64,000 nt of DNA from Aureliella sp. (GCA_963691875.1 OY829846.1:352001-416000); one strand, 5' to 3'. Shown: positions 21,107 to 32,435, numbered from the stretch's first letter. Notes: generated from the letters alone by a model not told the origin. Translations and numbers: made by a program.

Positions 21107-21593
21107 AACAGATCAACGCGCGGTCATAATGCCTAAGATTCGATGACTCCTTGCAACACTTTGATGCCCATCTACCGTTCCACCGCGGGCGTTGTTAGCG
21201 TGTTCATGTACTCGAGCTATTTCACTTTATCCACTTTCACATCTCCAGGGGTGACGATCCCGATGAGGCGCTTTTGCTTGTCGACGAGTGACTGAATCTC
21301 ATCGCGAAATAGCTGGTAGTTGTCGTAGTGGGTCTGAGTGATCGAGTTGAGTTGTTTTGAAAGAAGTCGATTGGGTTAAACCAATAAGATGCGTAAATCG
21401 ACCGGTTCTTCGCTTCGTTTTCAGTCTTGATTAACGCAACCCCATGCTTGGTCAGCTCGCTTATCAGTGCAAAAGCGAGACCATTGCATCGCAAGGCAAC
21501 TCCCAGTTTCTCAGCCAGCGTAGTTGCCTCATTGATGACCGAGATAGGACGAGCAGGTTTCAACCCTAACAGATCGAGGATACGACGGGCAGC

Positions 21594-21840
21594 GTGACGA
21601 ATTTGCCTCGAGCGACTGGAACCGACGCGTCAGTTGCCTCCGGAATATTCGCTGCGGCGATTCTTCAGTTTGGGATGGAAGCGAAGGATGCGTCCCGAGT
21701 CGCCGATGGTCTGACAGCGGCAGCCAACAAGAGCTTCAACAGTGTGGAGTCGCTGGGTGAAGCATTGTCTTATGCCGGTCCCGTCGCCGCCGATGCCAAC
21801 CTGAGTTTGGAAGAGACGCTGGCAATTCTGGGTACGCTTG
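21594..21840 (+). pseudogene. Phage tail tape-measure protein internal fragment (TP901-type)
   Basis: ATGTDA...QFGMEAKDASRVADGLTAAANKSFNSVESLGEALSYAGPVAADANLSLEETLAILGTL. Confidence 0.9.
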
Positions 21841-22144
21841 AAGTGTGCCGGATTCGCACGCGACTTTGCGGAGGTGAGCGAAGAGAGGCGTAGTCGAGGT
21901 TCTGCTTTCACTCCTCATCGCGATTAGGCGGCCGATGCAACGCTCGCGCGACAATGGAGCAAGTTAAGCAGAATTATTGGGTTGTCTGGTAGTCCATAGC
22001 GTCAGACGAAGCATGTCGATGACCAGCAACTTCGTTGAATTCGTTTGCGATTATCGCCGTCGGAGGAGTCACATGTGGGGTGGGTAACTTTGGCGGACTG
22101 GAATCTGAAGCAATCAATCGAAGAGGAAATACTGCTGGGAACGT

Positions 22145-22153
22145 TGTGGATAA
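22145..22153 (-). promoter_or_regulatory. DnaA box
   Basis: TGTGGATAA is the reverse complement of consensus TTATCCACA and lies 5 bp upstream of the -35 element. Confidence 0.6.
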
Positions 22154-22158
22154 CTTGT

Positions 22159-22186
22159 TTGACAGCAATTGCGAAATCGCTATACT
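22159..22186 (+). promoter_or_regulatory. sigma70-type promoter of the nrd operon
   Basis: TTGACA-N16-TATACT, ending 8 nt before the first riboswitch stem. Confidence 0.8.
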
Positions 22187-22194
22187 TTGGCTCG

Positions 22195-22438
22195 TTCGTG
22201 GTGGCGAAGTTTGGAATCTCCAGACTTCGTGAACAGGGAACTTCGGTGCGTTTTCGGCTTCGGCCAGAAAACAAATCCGGGACGGTCCGGCCGCTGTGAA
22301 CCGCTGCAACGGAAATGTTGCAATCGATACTTCTTCTTTACGAAGGCCATTGTTTGTGTGTTTGCCCACCAAGGGTGAACGACGAGGATGAGAAGGCAGC
22401 GAGTATTCGATGCGGTGAGTCAGAAGACCTACCACGAA
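22195..22438 (+). ncRNA. Cobalamin (B12) riboswitch
   Basis: Closing stem TTCGTGGT/ACCACGAA. Hallmarks AACAGGGAA, CGGTG..AAATCCG, GCCGCTGTGA, GCCATTG..GAGAAGGC and B12 box AGTCAGAAGACCT. Upstream of a B12-independent RNR. Confidence 0.9.
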
Positions 22439-22661
22439 ATAGACGATTGAGTGCCCTCTTGGATTGGGGCGATCGTTGCAAGCGACGATGGATGTCGGCG
22501 ACATGATGTCTGCGTTGTTTGGATTTTCAACCTTTCTTTTGCACGGTCAAAAGTAGCAGCTACTTACGCGCAATGACGTTGTGCGTTTGCGCTGAGCTTT
22601 CATCTGTGCACCAATGGACGTCAGCCGCATCACGGAAGCAGGCGTCAAAAGGAGTTGTTGC

Positions 22662-25502
22662 ATGAGTGCTGCCCCCAAGACGGCTGTCGTTCGCAAACGC
22701 GATGGACGCATCGTCGATTTTGAACCCTCTCGAGTTGCTACCGCAATCGAAAGAGCTTTCCGCGCAGAGATGAATCTTGCCGATGGCCAGCCGTTTGATA
22801 ACGAGATTCTGCAAGACATCTCATCCATCGTTGAGGAGGTTGCTGTAGTCGTCATCGCCCGCGAAGCGACCCAACCCGCAACGGTGGAACAAATTCAAGA
22901 TGTCGTCGAAATGGGGTTAATGCGTCGCGAGCATTTTCGAGTCGCGAGGCGATACATCCTCTATCGCACCGAACATGCACGAATGCGTGCCATTCGCGGA
23001 GAGGAACTGCAGCTCGATTCGCTCGAAGATCGGCGGCAAGAAGAGCAACGGCTGTTTGTCGAGATTGAGCCTGGTGTACGAGTCCCGTTTGATGTTGTGC
23101 GCCTGCAACGCTTTCTTGAAAACTGCGAATCCTCGAAACGCAGCGAGGTCAACGCCGCCGAAATCGTGGACGAAGTGGTACGTGGTGCATTCGATGGCAT
23201 GACACCAGAAGATGTCACTCGCGCCTTAGTGCTTTCGGCACGGAGCCGGATTGAGCGAGATCCGGCGTACGATGACCTAGCGGCGGAGCTGCAAGCTAGC
23301 ATCATTTATCGCCAAGCTATCGGACAAAGCCAGTTCGCTGGTCAGTTTGAACAAGTTTATCGCGATCGTTTCGAGCACTACGTTATCGAAGGCGTGCGGG
23401 CGGGACGTTTGTCCGGAGACCTGCGAGGTTTCGATCTCGTCAAAATTGCGGCGGCTCTTGAGCCCAGCCGAGACAAGAGCTTTCGTTACCTCGGCTTGCA
23501 AACGATTTACGATCGTTATCTTCTTCACATCGATGGACGTCGTATCGAGACACCGCAGTACTTCTGGATGCGTGTTGCAATGGGACTCGCTCTCGGCGAA
23601 TCGGAAGAATCCCGAACGCAGCGAGCTATCGAGTTCTACGAACTCCTGTCGTCGATGCGTTTCACCAGCGCGACGCCGACCCTTTTCAACTCTGGAACAC
23701 CTTACCCACAACTCAGTAGTTGCTATCTAACGACGGTCCAGGACGACTTGGATCACATCTTCAAGTCAATTGGCGATAACGCTCGCTTGTCGAAGTGGGC
23801 TGGTGGTTTGGGGAACGATTGGACAAACATCCGGGCAACGGGTGCCAGGATTAAAGGGACCAATGGCGAGAGCCAAGGTGTAATTCCGTTCTTGAAGATC
23901 GTAAATGATGCTGCCGTCGCGGTGAACCAAGGTGGTAAACGCAAGGGTGCGGTCTGCGCGTACATGGAGCCGTGGCATCTCGATTTCGTTGAGTTCCTGG
24001 ACCTTCGCAAGAACACGGGCGACGATCGCAGGCGGACCCATGACATGCATACCGCCGCTTGGATTCCGGATCTTTTTATGCAAAGACTCGAAGCGGGCGA
24101 AGACTGGACTTTGTTCAGCCCAGATGAAGTACCCGATTTGCATGACATCTATGGTCAAGCGTTTCGAGAGCGTTACGAGCACTACGAAGCAGAGGCCGCT
24201 GCTGGTCGTATCCGGCAACATCGCAGAATGCCGGCTGTCGAGCTCTGGCGAAAGTTGTTGACGCGTACATTTGAAACGGGACATCCTTGGGTCACTTTCA
24301 AAGATCCGTCCAACATCCGCTCTCCACAAGATCACGTTGGCGTTGTGCACAGTAGCAACCTCTGCACCGAGATTCTTTTGAATACCAGCGAAGATGAAAC
24401 AGCGGTTTGCAATCTGGGAAGCATTAACCTCGGACGTCACGTTGTAGAGGGCAAGCTCGATCTAGAGTTGTTGCGAGACACAATCAACACTGCCATGCGG
24501 ATGCTCGACAACGTAATCGACATCAACTACTACCCTACCCCGGAAGCGAAGAACGCGAACCTTCGACACCGGCCGGTGGGCTTAGGTCTGATGGGATACC
24601 AGGACGCATTGAGTGCGTTGCATATCCCTGTCGCTAGTGACGAAGCGGTCCAGTTCGCAGATTCGTCAATGGAGGCGATCAGCTATTTCGCACTGTTGGC
24701 ATCAAGCAACCTGGCTGCCGAGCGCGGAACCTATGAATCCTACGCCGGATCAAAATGGGATCGTGGCCTCCTGCCCATCGACACGGTTCAGCTGCTCGAG
24801 GAAGAACGGTGTGATAGCCTCGAAATTGGTCGTGATACGACGCTGGAATGGCAGGAGGTTCGTGACCAGATCGCCAAACACGGTATGCGGAACAGCAACT
24901 GCCTAGCCATCGCGCCAACGGCAACCATCTCAACGATCGTCGGCTGCACACAGTCGATTGAACCGACTTACAAACAACTCTATTCCAAGAGCAATTTGTC
25001 GGGAGAGTTCACACAGACCAACTTCACGCTGGTAAGCGAACTGAAAGCACGGGGGCTTTGGAATCCCGAAACACTTGACGCTCTGAAGTACTACGACGGT
25101 GCGATCGGAGAGATCCAGCAGATCCCCGATGAACTGAAGAAGCGATTTGCGACTGCTTTCGAGATCGACCCGTCGTGGTTGATTCGTGCCGCGTCGGCTC
25201 GTCAGAAATGGATCGATCAAGGGCAGTCGCTCAATTTGTACTTGGCTGCTCCAAGTGGCAAAGCGATCGATGCCATGTATCGCATGGCGTGGAAAGCTGG
25301 CCTCAAGACCACCTACTACCTGCGATCACTCGCCGCGACTCAAGTGGAAAAATCAACAGTCGATGTGAACCGGCACGGTATCCAGCCGCGCTGGATGAAG
25401 TCGCAAAGTCAATCATCTGCGATCCGTGTTGATCGTGTCGAGGCGGCAACAAACCCCGCCACGTGCAGCATCGATGATCCGGACTGCGAGGCTTGCCAAT
25501 AG
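22662..25502 (+). CDS. nrdA: Class I ribonucleotide reductase alpha subunit with ATP-cone(s)
   Basis: VRKRDGR ATP-cone, [36 protein letters not shown]-terminal CEACQ. Confidence 0.97.
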   Translation: MSAAPKTAVVRKRDGRIVDFEPSRVATAIERAFRAEMNLADGQPFDNEILQDISSIVEEVAVVVIAREATQPATVEQIQDVVEMGLMRREHFRVARRYILYRTEHARMRAIRGEELQLDSLEDRRQEEQRLFVEIEPGVRVPFDVVRLQRFLENCESSKRSEVNAAEIVDEVVRGAFDGMTPEDVTRALVLSARSRIERDPAYDDLAAELQASIIYRQAIGQSQFAGQFEQVYRDRFEHYVIEGVRAGRLSGDLRGFDLVKIAAALEPSRDKSFRYLGLQTIYDRYLLHIDGRRIETPQYFWMRVAMGLALGESEESRTQRAIEFYELLSSMRFTSATPTLFNSGTPYPQLSSCYLTTVQDDLDHIFKSIGDNARLSKWAGGLGNDWTNIRATGARIKGTNGESQGVIPFLKIVNDAAVAVNQGGKRKGAVCAYMEPWHLDFVEFLDLRKNTGDDRRRTHDMHTAAWIPDLFMQRLEAGEDWTLFSPDEVPDLHDIYGQAFRERYEHYEAEAAAGRIRQHRRMPAVELWRKLLTRTFETGHPWVTFKDPSNIRSPQDHVGVVHSSNLCTEILLNTSEDETAVCNLGSINLGRHVVEGKLDLELLRDTINTAMRMLDNVIDINYYPTPEAKNANLRHRPVGLGLMGYQDALSALHIPVASDEAVQFADSSMEAISYFALLASSNLAAERGTYESYAGSKWDRGLLPIDTVQLLEEERCDSLEIGRDTTLEWQEVRDQIAKHGMRNSNCLAIAPTATISTIVGCTQSIEPTYKQLYSKSNLSGEFTQTNFTLVSELKARGLWNPETLDALKYYDGAIGEIQQIPDELKKRFATAFEIDPSWLIRAASARQKWIDQGQSLNLYLAAPSGKAIDAMYRMAWKAGLKTTYYLRSLAATQVEKSTVDVNRHGIQPRWMKSQSQSSAIRVDRVEAATNPATCSIDDPDCEACQ

Positions 25503-25504
25503 GC

Positions 25505-25786
25505 ATGCTGTTCTACCTCAATTGGATTGAACGTGGATTCCGAGTGTTCCACAAGCCGGGCGTGTCTCGAGCTTGGATACGAGTGGAATCCGATGGTCGC
25601 CAATTGATTTTGACGGATACCGGTGGATTTGATCTGCCAAATCGTAACGGGCCTTTCCAGATCTGCGTTCTCAACCAAGACGACGAGTTTACGGAAGGCC
25701 CCGTCACACTTCCAAACCGACTCGCTCTCGCTCGTTGGCTACGCGAGCGGAGCACGATTCCTATTCCGACCGACCCAAGGATGTAA
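25505..25786 (+). CDS. Small hypothetical protein between nrdA and nrdB
   Basis: 93-aa ORF that fills the gap, starting 2 nt after the nrdA stop and ending 4 nt before the nrdB ATG. Confidence 0.7.
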   Translation: MLFYLNWIERGFRVFHKPGVSRAWIRVESDGRQLILTDTGGFDLPNRNGPFQICVLNQDDEFTEGPVTLPNRLALARWLRERSTIPIPTDPRM

Positions 25787-25790
25787 TGCC

Positions 25791-26843
25791 ATGTCTATCG
25801 TATCACCGCAAACCAAGTCCCCTTCCTCCAATCGCTTCGACGCGACGGATAAGCGACTGATCAACTGCAATCAAGTCGACGTCAATCAGCTCATGCCGCT
25901 GAAATACAACTGGGCATGGGAGCACTACCAAAACGGATGTGCGAATCATTGGATGCCGACAGAAGTACCGATGACCAAGGACATTGAAACTTGGCGTAGC
26001 GACAAACTCACTGACGCTGAAAGACGCGTTATCATGCGAAACCTAGGCTTCTTTTCAACTGCAGAGAGTCTGGTTGGTAATAACTTAGTTCTGGCGATCT
26101 TCAAGCATGTCACCAACGCCGAGTGCCGGCAGTACTTACTACGTCAAGCATTCGAGGAAGCGGTCCACTCCCATACCTTTTTGTACGTAGTGGACTCTCT
26201 AGGACTCGACGAGGGCGAAGTATTCAACATGTACCACGAGGTGCCCGCGATTGCTCGCAAAGATACGTTTGAGACGGAGTTGACCGCGGAAGTTCTTTCT
26301 GAAGACTTCTCAACTGCGACGGATGAAGGTGCACAGGCCTTTCTGAAGAACCTTATTGGCTACTACCTGATCATGGAAGGCGTATTCTTCTACACCGGTT
26401 TCGTCATGATGCTTTCTTTCCATCGTCGTAATTTGATGACAGGAATTGGCGAGCAGTTCCAGTATATCTTACGCGACGAAACCATCCACTTGAATTTCGG
26501 GATTGATCTCATCAACGGTATCAAGGCAGAGAACCCTCAATTGTGGACAGCTGAGTTTCAGCAATCGATGATTGATCGGGTCAAACAAGCCGTCGAACTG
26601 GAGTTGGACTATGCCGCCGACTGTCTCCCAGCAGGCATCATGGGGCTGAATGCAGGATTATTCCGTGACTATGTCCAACACATCGCCGACCGCCGTCTAG
26701 AACGCATCGGGCTACCGATGCAATATGGCTCGTCGAACCCGTTTCCCTGGATGAGCGAGACAATGGATCTGGCCAAAGAGAAGAACTTCTTCGAGACACG
26801 CGTTACCGAGTACCAGTCTGCAGGAAGCCTCAGCTGGGATTAG
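25791..26843 (+). CDS. nrdB: Ribonucleotide reductase beta subunit, class Ic (R2c) signature
   Basis: [13 protein letters not shown] (Glu as first ligand), EEAVHSHTF (Phe at the radical-Tyr position), [17 protein letters not shown]. Confidence 0.95.
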   Translation: MSIVSPQTKSPSSNRFDATDKRLINCNQVDVNQLMPLKYNWAWEHYQNGCANHWMPTEVPMTKDIETWRSDKLTDAERRVIMRNLGFFSTAESLVGNNLVLAIFKHVTNAECRQYLLRQAFEEAVHSHTFLYVVDSLGLDEGEVFNMYHEVPAIARKDTFETELTAEVLSEDFSTATDEGAQAFLKNLIGYYLIMEGVFFYTGFVMMLSFHRRNLMTGIGEQFQYILRDETIHLNFGIDLINGIKAENPQLWTAEFQQSMIDRVKQAVELELDYAADCLPAGIMGLNAGLFRDYVQHIADRRLERIGLPMQYGSSNPFPWMSETMDLAKEKNFFETRVTEYQSAGSLSWD

Positions 26844-27069
26844 TTTTGTTTGGAGAAGCGTTCGAAGCTTGATCACTGTGCTTTGCCGGCGGATAGCCCA
26901 GTGATCGCGTGAATCCCGTTGAAACGCAAGTAGACAGACAGTGCGGCTGCCACTGCGGCAACCTCGCTGGCAATCCCCATAGTTGAATTCAACTATTCGC
27001 CGTGGGGGTGCACGTGTGGGATGACGGCATCAGCGCGGTCCTGGATCAACCGTATCCCCCTGATCGACG

Positions 27070-27290
27070 CCGGAACCAACATCTGAATTTCGGCACGCTG
27101 TCGTCCCATCCGTCGCTATTGAAGTCCTGGCCAACGGTCAAGAAGTTATCGGAATAGCCTTTCGGGTCGTACCTTTTCACATCCTGGTAGGCATGCTTTT
27201 TCGCGAACTCTGGAACCTCGTAACAGAATGGTCCCCAGACAACATCCATAGCCCTGTCATTGTTGGAGTCGCAGAGGAAAGCTTCTTCAT
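27070..27290 (-). pseudogene. FG-GAP/VCBS-repeat protein N-terminal fragment
   Basis: DVVWGPF.YE.P.F...Y......DP.GYSDNF....DFNSDGWDD, then breaks off. Confidence 0.6.
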
Positions 27291-28060
27291 CATAGAACTC
27301 TGGAGAAAGTTGTTTTGTACCTCAGTGAATGACTTTGCGGTTCAGATCTGCGGCCGGTGAAAGCTCGATAATTGACGGCAGCTCTACTTTTTCGGAAGTC
27401 GACCTCAGCCCCTTCCGCTTGCAACGAGATTGGGTCTGCTCTCGTCTTACGGTCATGGCCTTCGTTGACGCAATCTCCATTAATCCAAACTCGAATCTTG
27501 TCGCCCAAGCACTCGACGGCCATCGTGTTCCAGTGTCCTAGGGGCTTTTCATTACCATCGGGCAGATTGACGATGTGTCGTGACTCCCACCGTTCTCCGC
27601 CCTAATTTCCGCTCGGTCCCTTGCAACTTTTTTCCAGATCGGGCTGGGAATTTTTCATGGATACACCAAAAATCGCTCGCTGCTTGATGTTGCATCTGTA
27701 CTTCTAAAGAAGCGGGGAACATCTCGTAGAGAACACGTGGACGCTTTCCATCCGTATGAACAAGCACACCGCCGTTTCCAGGGTTGTCTAGGAACCGGTA
27801 TTGAACGTCGAGCCGTTAGTCCCAATACGACTTGTCAGAAATCAAGTGGCCTCCGTGTACTCCCATGCTGACTAAATTTCCATCGCGATCCGCAAAACTC
27901 GGTTTCACGCTTGGAATGGCATCTGCTTTGGGAGCATCAGCATACAGCCGTCTAAGTTCTTCCCGTTAAAGAGCGGAATAATTGGTGGGGTGTTACTCTG
28001 CGAGTTTGCCGTTGGAAGGAACGGACGCTGAATGCAAGAGACAACGAGAATCACAATACT
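27290..28060 (-). pseudogene. DUF1080 (3-keto-disaccharide hydrolase) pseudogene
   Basis: Fragments in several frames: PLFNGKNLDG, NGGVLVH, FPASLEVQM, IRVWING, ISLQAEGAEVDFR. Confidence 0.8.
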
Positions 28061-28300
28061 CTCGAAATAACTAGTGTTGCGGGTACACTCCTAGTTAAGC
28101 TTGCTGGGGCGTAGAAGCGGACGTGAGGAATCATCACCTACCCTGCGAAACGTCTTCTTCCTTTGAGCAACTGGCCTCCGTCCGAGCCATCCAAGGTGAT
28201 AGGGCTGTTGCTCCAAGAAACTCTGCCCTACTTCGGCCGAACTTAGTCTCACTCGTCGACCTTCCACGAGTCGTTTGGCATGTTTCTTACCCAGCGGGTT

Positions 28301-29200
28301 CTATTCAAACTTCTGGTTGGGAAAGTCTGCCGGAACAGGTATCGTTACTTTTCCAGTAGCGGCCCACTCCGTTCCACGCAAAAACGTCGTCACAAAACTC
28401 CCCTCTTTAATTTGCTTCACATGATGTCCCAAAATCGAGTGGAAGACTCGGCCTTTGCCGTATGAGACAACCATCAAGGCCGGTTCGTGGCGGCCAGTTC
28501 CCCGCTTTTCCTTGGACGAAAATGCGGTCGCTAAGATCGTCACATTCTCCGCCGGACCTCGCAACTTATCGTAAAGCTCATCCGGACCATGTTTGAATTT
28601 GGGAGGAAGTCCTTGCATGATTGGGTGTTGTTGATCCCTGACGACCAACTCGAATTCGTGTTGGGGGCCGTGAGCTCCGCCCCTCCCGTTTGAAGTATCG
28701 CGTACGACTTCGCCCTCGGCGTCAACATACAAATAAGGGCCGCTTTTTTCGTTGCGACCACCCCAACCTCCTAGGGCTGTCATCTTGTTGTACTCGACCC
28801 AATTCGGCCAGCAGTTATTCGCCGCATGGATCGCGACCATGCCTCCGCCGTTGGCCATGTAATCTTCAAAGGCCTTCTGAGTTGCGGCGGGCCAATCGGC
28901 GGCACCAAAACCTTCGTTCATTACGACCACGTCGTACTTGCTGAAATCCGGTCGGTAACTACCGTCTTCGCAGCCCTCCTTCGTTGAGCGAGAGTGATCC
29001 ACCTCGAAACGGGAATCCTTACTTAGAATTTGCTTCAGAACAGGCGTCGTTTCCTGGTGGTTGTGAGCCTTCTGAGGCCCATCAGCAATTAGTACCTTTA
29101 TGCTATCTTCTGCACGGAGACTACGGGTGCCCAGCGAAGCAATGCAGGTGCACAACGAAGCAAAAAAAGCGATGGTTAATACTGAGGAATATCTCTTCAT
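28301..29200 (-). CDS. ThuA-like (class I glutamine-amidotransferase fold) exported protein
   Basis: DFSKYDVVV, GGGMVAIHAAN, HPIMQGLP, DELY, YGKGRVFHSILGH. Confidence 0.9.
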   Translation of the reverse strand: MKRYSSVLTIAFFASLCTCIASLGTRSLRAEDSIKVLIADGPQKAHNHQETTPVLKQILSKDSRFEVDHSRSTKEGCEDGSYRPDFSKYDVVVMNEGFGAADWPAATQKAFEDYMANGGGMVAIHAANNCWPNWVEYNKMTALGGWGGRNEKSGPYLYVDAEGEVVRDTSNGRGGAHGPQHEFELVVRDQQHPIMQGLPPKFKHGPDELYDKLRGPAENVTILATAFSSKEKRGTGRHEPALMVVSYGKGRVFHSILGHHVKQIKEGSFVTTFLRGTEWAATGKVTIPVPADFPNQKFE

Positions 29201-29351
29201 GGTTTAGGTTTTCGTGCTTGAAGTCGTCGAAACGTTTGTAACTCTGGTTGTTCGTCGGGTAATCCACTCAACAGCCGCGCAGTGCAGCTTTGCAGCGATG
29301 TCACGTTAGACCCCAACTCAACTTGTCGGATTCAGCGCTGCTACTACGAGT

Positions 29352-30239
29352 TCAAGACTCCGAAGACTTGGGGACTTGGCCTCGCAAGACACTGTTCCCT
29401 TCCATGAGTTCAGCTTGATCATACGAGAACGACTCCTCCCAGTCAGAAGGGTTGAACTGTCCGCTGGCGGCATAAGAGTCGATCGCGTTCTGGTATGTCA
29501 CTTTGGTGATATCAGCTTCATCAATCCCTCGCTCCCTCATGACTGCGGCACAATCCGGTACTGAGAGCGGATTGCTCACTCCCCAGTCAGCCGAACTGTT
29601 GACGATGATACGTTCCGAACCATATTCCTGAACTACATTTGCCATTCTGTCCTTGCCCATTTTTGTATCTGGGTAAATCGTGAAGCCCGCCCAATATCCT
29701 CTGTCGAGCACTTCACGCACGGTTTCCTCATTGTTGTGGTCAATTATTGCCAAATGAGGTGGGACGCCGTGTTCTTCCAACACATCCATGCTTTTGAGTG
29801 TCCCTTCTTTCTTCGCTCGGTGCGGGGTATGAACAAGAATTGGTTTTTTGAATTTCTTCCCAAGCTCAATTTGTAATCGAAAGTACTTGTCCTCGGACTC
29901 ACTTTGGTCGTCGTAGCCAATCTCGCCAACAGCTACGACGCCGTCCTTCACAATGAAAAGCGGGAGGATCTCCATGACCTCTTCGGCCAGCGGTTCGTTG
30001 TTCGCTTCTTTGGAGTTTAATCCGATGGTACAGTAGTGACGGATGCCAAACTGTGACGCACGAAATCGTTCCCAGCCAATGAGTGACGAGAAATAGTCTT
30101 GGAACGTACCGACCGAAGTTCTGGGCTGCCCCAACCAGAATGCTGGTTCGACAACGGCGACAATTCCAGCGGCATGCATCCGCTGATAATCATTAGTGGT
30201 TCGGGAACTCACGTGAATATGAGGGTCGATGTATCGCAT
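29352..30239 (-). CDS. eboB: TatD-family hydrolase of ebo clusters
   Basis: IDPHIH.SSRTT.DY, EPAFWLGQPR, GWERFRASQFGI.HYCTIGLNSKEANN. Confidence 0.9.
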   Translation of the reverse strand: MRYIDPHIHVSSRTTNDYQRMHAAGIVAVVEPAFWLGQPRTSVGTFQDYFSSLIGWERFRASQFGIRHYCTIGLNSKEANNEPLAEEVMEILPLFIVKDGVVAVGEIGYDDQSESEDKYFRLQIELGKKFKKPILVHTPHRAKKEGTLKSMDVLEEHGVPPHLAIIDHNNEETVREVLDRGYWAGFTIYPDTKMGKDRMANVVQEYGSERIIVNSSADWGVSNPLSVPDCAAVMRERGIDEADITKVTYQNAIDSYAASGQFNPSDWEESFSYDQAELMEGNSVLRGQVPKSSES

Positions 30240-30243
30240 GATT

Positions 30244-30990
30244 CTATTCCTGAAGTAGAGCAGACTTGATCGCGTTAAGCTGAAGTAGTGAAGCCGCACT
30301 CAGAGCCTGCTCGCAAAGTTCGACTACGGCACGAGGAACTGAACGCTGAGCACTGTGTCTTTCGCTGATGTATTGAAAAATCGTTTCTGAGAGAGACGAA
30401 TTATGTCGTTCTCGCAGTCCAACTATTTTACGAACCTCACAGCCAACAAAAATGGCCTTCAGCACCATTTGATTCCATTGATTCTCATTGAAATGCTCTT
30501 GAGGAAAGGGGTTGCCTAGTGCCAGAGCGGAGAATACCGGCACGATATTAGTTCGTGCAGCCTCGGTCGCTATTCGTACAAAGTGCTCTTGAAATTCTAG
30601 TAGCGGCAGAACTCGAATAATTAGCTTTTGTTCGCTGACATCAGCCGTTTGGTAAAGCCTTTCAAGCAGTTTGGTGATTTCTTCTGGCGAACCCGCCCAT
30701 TGCCTGCAAACCGCTTCAAGTGCCATCGACTTGATCATGTCTTTGAGCGGTATTCCCATCAAAGAAGATTGCACAGAACCGCCATTATTAACTTCTTGCG
30801 ACGCGGGATGGTCAGCACACTGAGCACCAATCATCGCCCAAACCTCGATGAGTTGAGACGGCTTAGTCGTGTTAAACGCAGCCTTGAGTGCTGATTCGCC
30901 GAGCGCTGCGTAGCGACTCTCAAGAAGTCGTAGCTGATAGACATCTCGGTAGGTAGTCGCGTAATTCTCGCAGTTTACGTTCTGGCACAT
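30244..30990 (-). CDS. eboA: EboA-domain protein (start uncertain)
   Basis: LY.TAD..E...I.R.LP.L, EAARTNI..VF.AL...NPFP..HF.E.QWNQMVLKAIF. Adjacent to eboB. Confidence 0.8.
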   Translation of the reverse strand: MCQNVNCENYATTYRDVYQLRLLESRYAALGESALKAAFNTTKPSQLIEVWAMIGAQCADHPASQEVNNGGSVQSSLMGIPLKDMIKSMALEAVCRQWAGSPEEITKLLERLYQTADVSEQKLIIRVLPLLEFQEHFVRIATEAARTNIVPVFSALALGNPFPQEHFNENQWNQMVLKAIFVGCEVRKIVGLRERHNSSLSETIFQYISERHSAQRSVPRAVVELCEQALSAASLLQLNAIKSALLQE

Positions 30991-31266
30991 TCCTTTTTGA
31001 TTGTCCCTCTCAACGGCAGTCGTGCGGTATATGCAATGAGATTGCTTGTGCAAAGGTTGAGCATTGTAGAGCGCATCGTCGATGGCTGTCAAAACGTTGG
31101 ACCGCCGCTCACAAGACACCTGCTCGAATTTGGACTCGCTGCTGCGAGCAGCGGTTGCATCGGCCTGCTGAAGCGAGCGATCTCGAGCCTCAATTCGGAC
31201 TCGATACCTCACGCAGTCTTAGAGGATCGCTTAATCGAAAAAAATTTTGATTGCTGCACTCGTCCA

Positions 31267-31766
31267 CCGCCCCCTTGCGAAAAGTCCGCACGAGCGAATC
31301 TATAGGTGGGAATGATTAGTTTTCTCCAGAGAAGCGAGCGTCATTGGCTGAAATCGCTGCAGAAGCCTGGTAGGACGCACGATTGCGGCAGCGAAGCAGA
31401 TGGAATTGCTCCGGCGGCACCCTCGATAGTGGATCGACGCTCTGGTTGCGACATTGAATTATGCCGCTTTCCGCAAGTCGCTTTTCAACAAACCGCCGAG
31501 GCGCTCTTTGCATCGGATATCGGACCTCCGAATCGTATCGACGGGGGCAGGCAACTTGCTAGACTTCTTGGTCGGCGTGTGGGTTGGTCGCTCGTTCTCC
31601 AGACCCTGATGAGGGCGTTCCAGGTGGTAGTGCTCGGAAAACTCGGAACGTAGCAGACTCATTTGCTTCTCGCCGAAGACGATAAAGTGATTGATGCACT
31701 CGTTCTTGATCGTTTGCACAAAACGCTCGACAAATGCAACTGTGTTGGGGCCCGAATGGCCGTTCT
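31267..31766 (-). mobile_element. Subfamily-1 transposon copy D: right end, long tail and 3' transposase fragment only
   Basis: Colinear with 17101-17605. Encodes FVERFVQTIKNEC..RLGGLLKS..RKAA. Confidence 0.9.
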
Positions 31767-31908
31767 CGCCCGCGTTTTTTCTACTCTGCCACGGATCGCC
31801 GAGTATTGATGATCGCTCTGTTATAGATTTACGCTAGCTGGGACTTCCAACATTGCCGGTAGTCGAGGTAAGTCTGGTTAATTTCCAACAGTCTGATGGA
31901 GTCAACCA

Positions 31909-32136
31909 ATGACAAAGAAGAACGACGATCTCACCCCGGAAGAACGCTTTTCAAGAATAGCGGAGATACTCGGAAGGGGGCTAGTGCGGCTCAACAAGAG
32001 AACCGTGCTGAAACGACAGACCAAAAACGGTAAGCATTCATCTGCTTCGGAAGCAAACCGCGTAGCCCAAATTCGAGAGAGTTCCCATTCAAAGGATGAA
32101 GGGCTACTAGAGACATCCGAACCGGCGAGCCAATAA
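31909..32136 (+). CDS. Small hypothetical protein resembling those found beside serine recombinases in planctomycete islands
   Basis: DLTPEERFSRIAEILGRGLVRL with an upstream GGAG. The family link is recalled, not verified. Confidence 0.5.
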   Translation: MTKKNDDLTPEERFSRIAEILGRGLVRLNKRTVLKRQTKNGKHSSASEANRVAQIRESSHSKDEGLLETSEPASQ

Positions 32137-32259
32137 GAATTCATCGGGAAAATTAGTCTCTTCCGCATCCCACAAGATCGCTTGAGTCTCGGAATCCGCA
32201 AGTTCCTTGCCCAAAACGATTTGGCTTCGCGAGTTTCTCTGGTTCGATTTTCGAGGTTG

Positions 32260-32435
32260 TCATACTCGGGGAGGTAGCAGTGCTTCGCCAAGATAGGCTG
32301 AAATTGACGTGCAAAATCGATTGTCCGTTTCGGAGCAATCGCATCCTGCGCACAGACGACGGGAGCGTGGATCGTTGCGAACACTGAAAAAACACCTGCA
32401 GCGAGCCATCGCAGCGGGAAAGCCTGAAATCTCAT
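32260..32435 (-). pseudogene. N-terminal scrap of a planctomycete cytochrome-c domain protein
   Basis: Signal peptide followed by IDFARQFQPILAKHCY, truncated inside the CxxCH motif. Confidence 0.7.

Noticed and set aside
21218..21580. Possible CBS-like C-terminus (LVDKQKRLIGIVTPGDV) on the minus strand
   Set aside because: Too short and interrupted to assign with confidence.
22537..22546. TTTTGCACGG resembling the transposon right end
   Set aside because: A 10-nt match lacking the GGGCGG terminus and the GAC context. It is better explained as part of a CTTTTG/CAAAAG hairpin in the nrd leader.
26871..26906. GATCACTG/CAGTGATC stem after nrdB as a terminator
   Set aside because: The loop is large and there is no U-tract, so it is not called as an intrinsic terminator.
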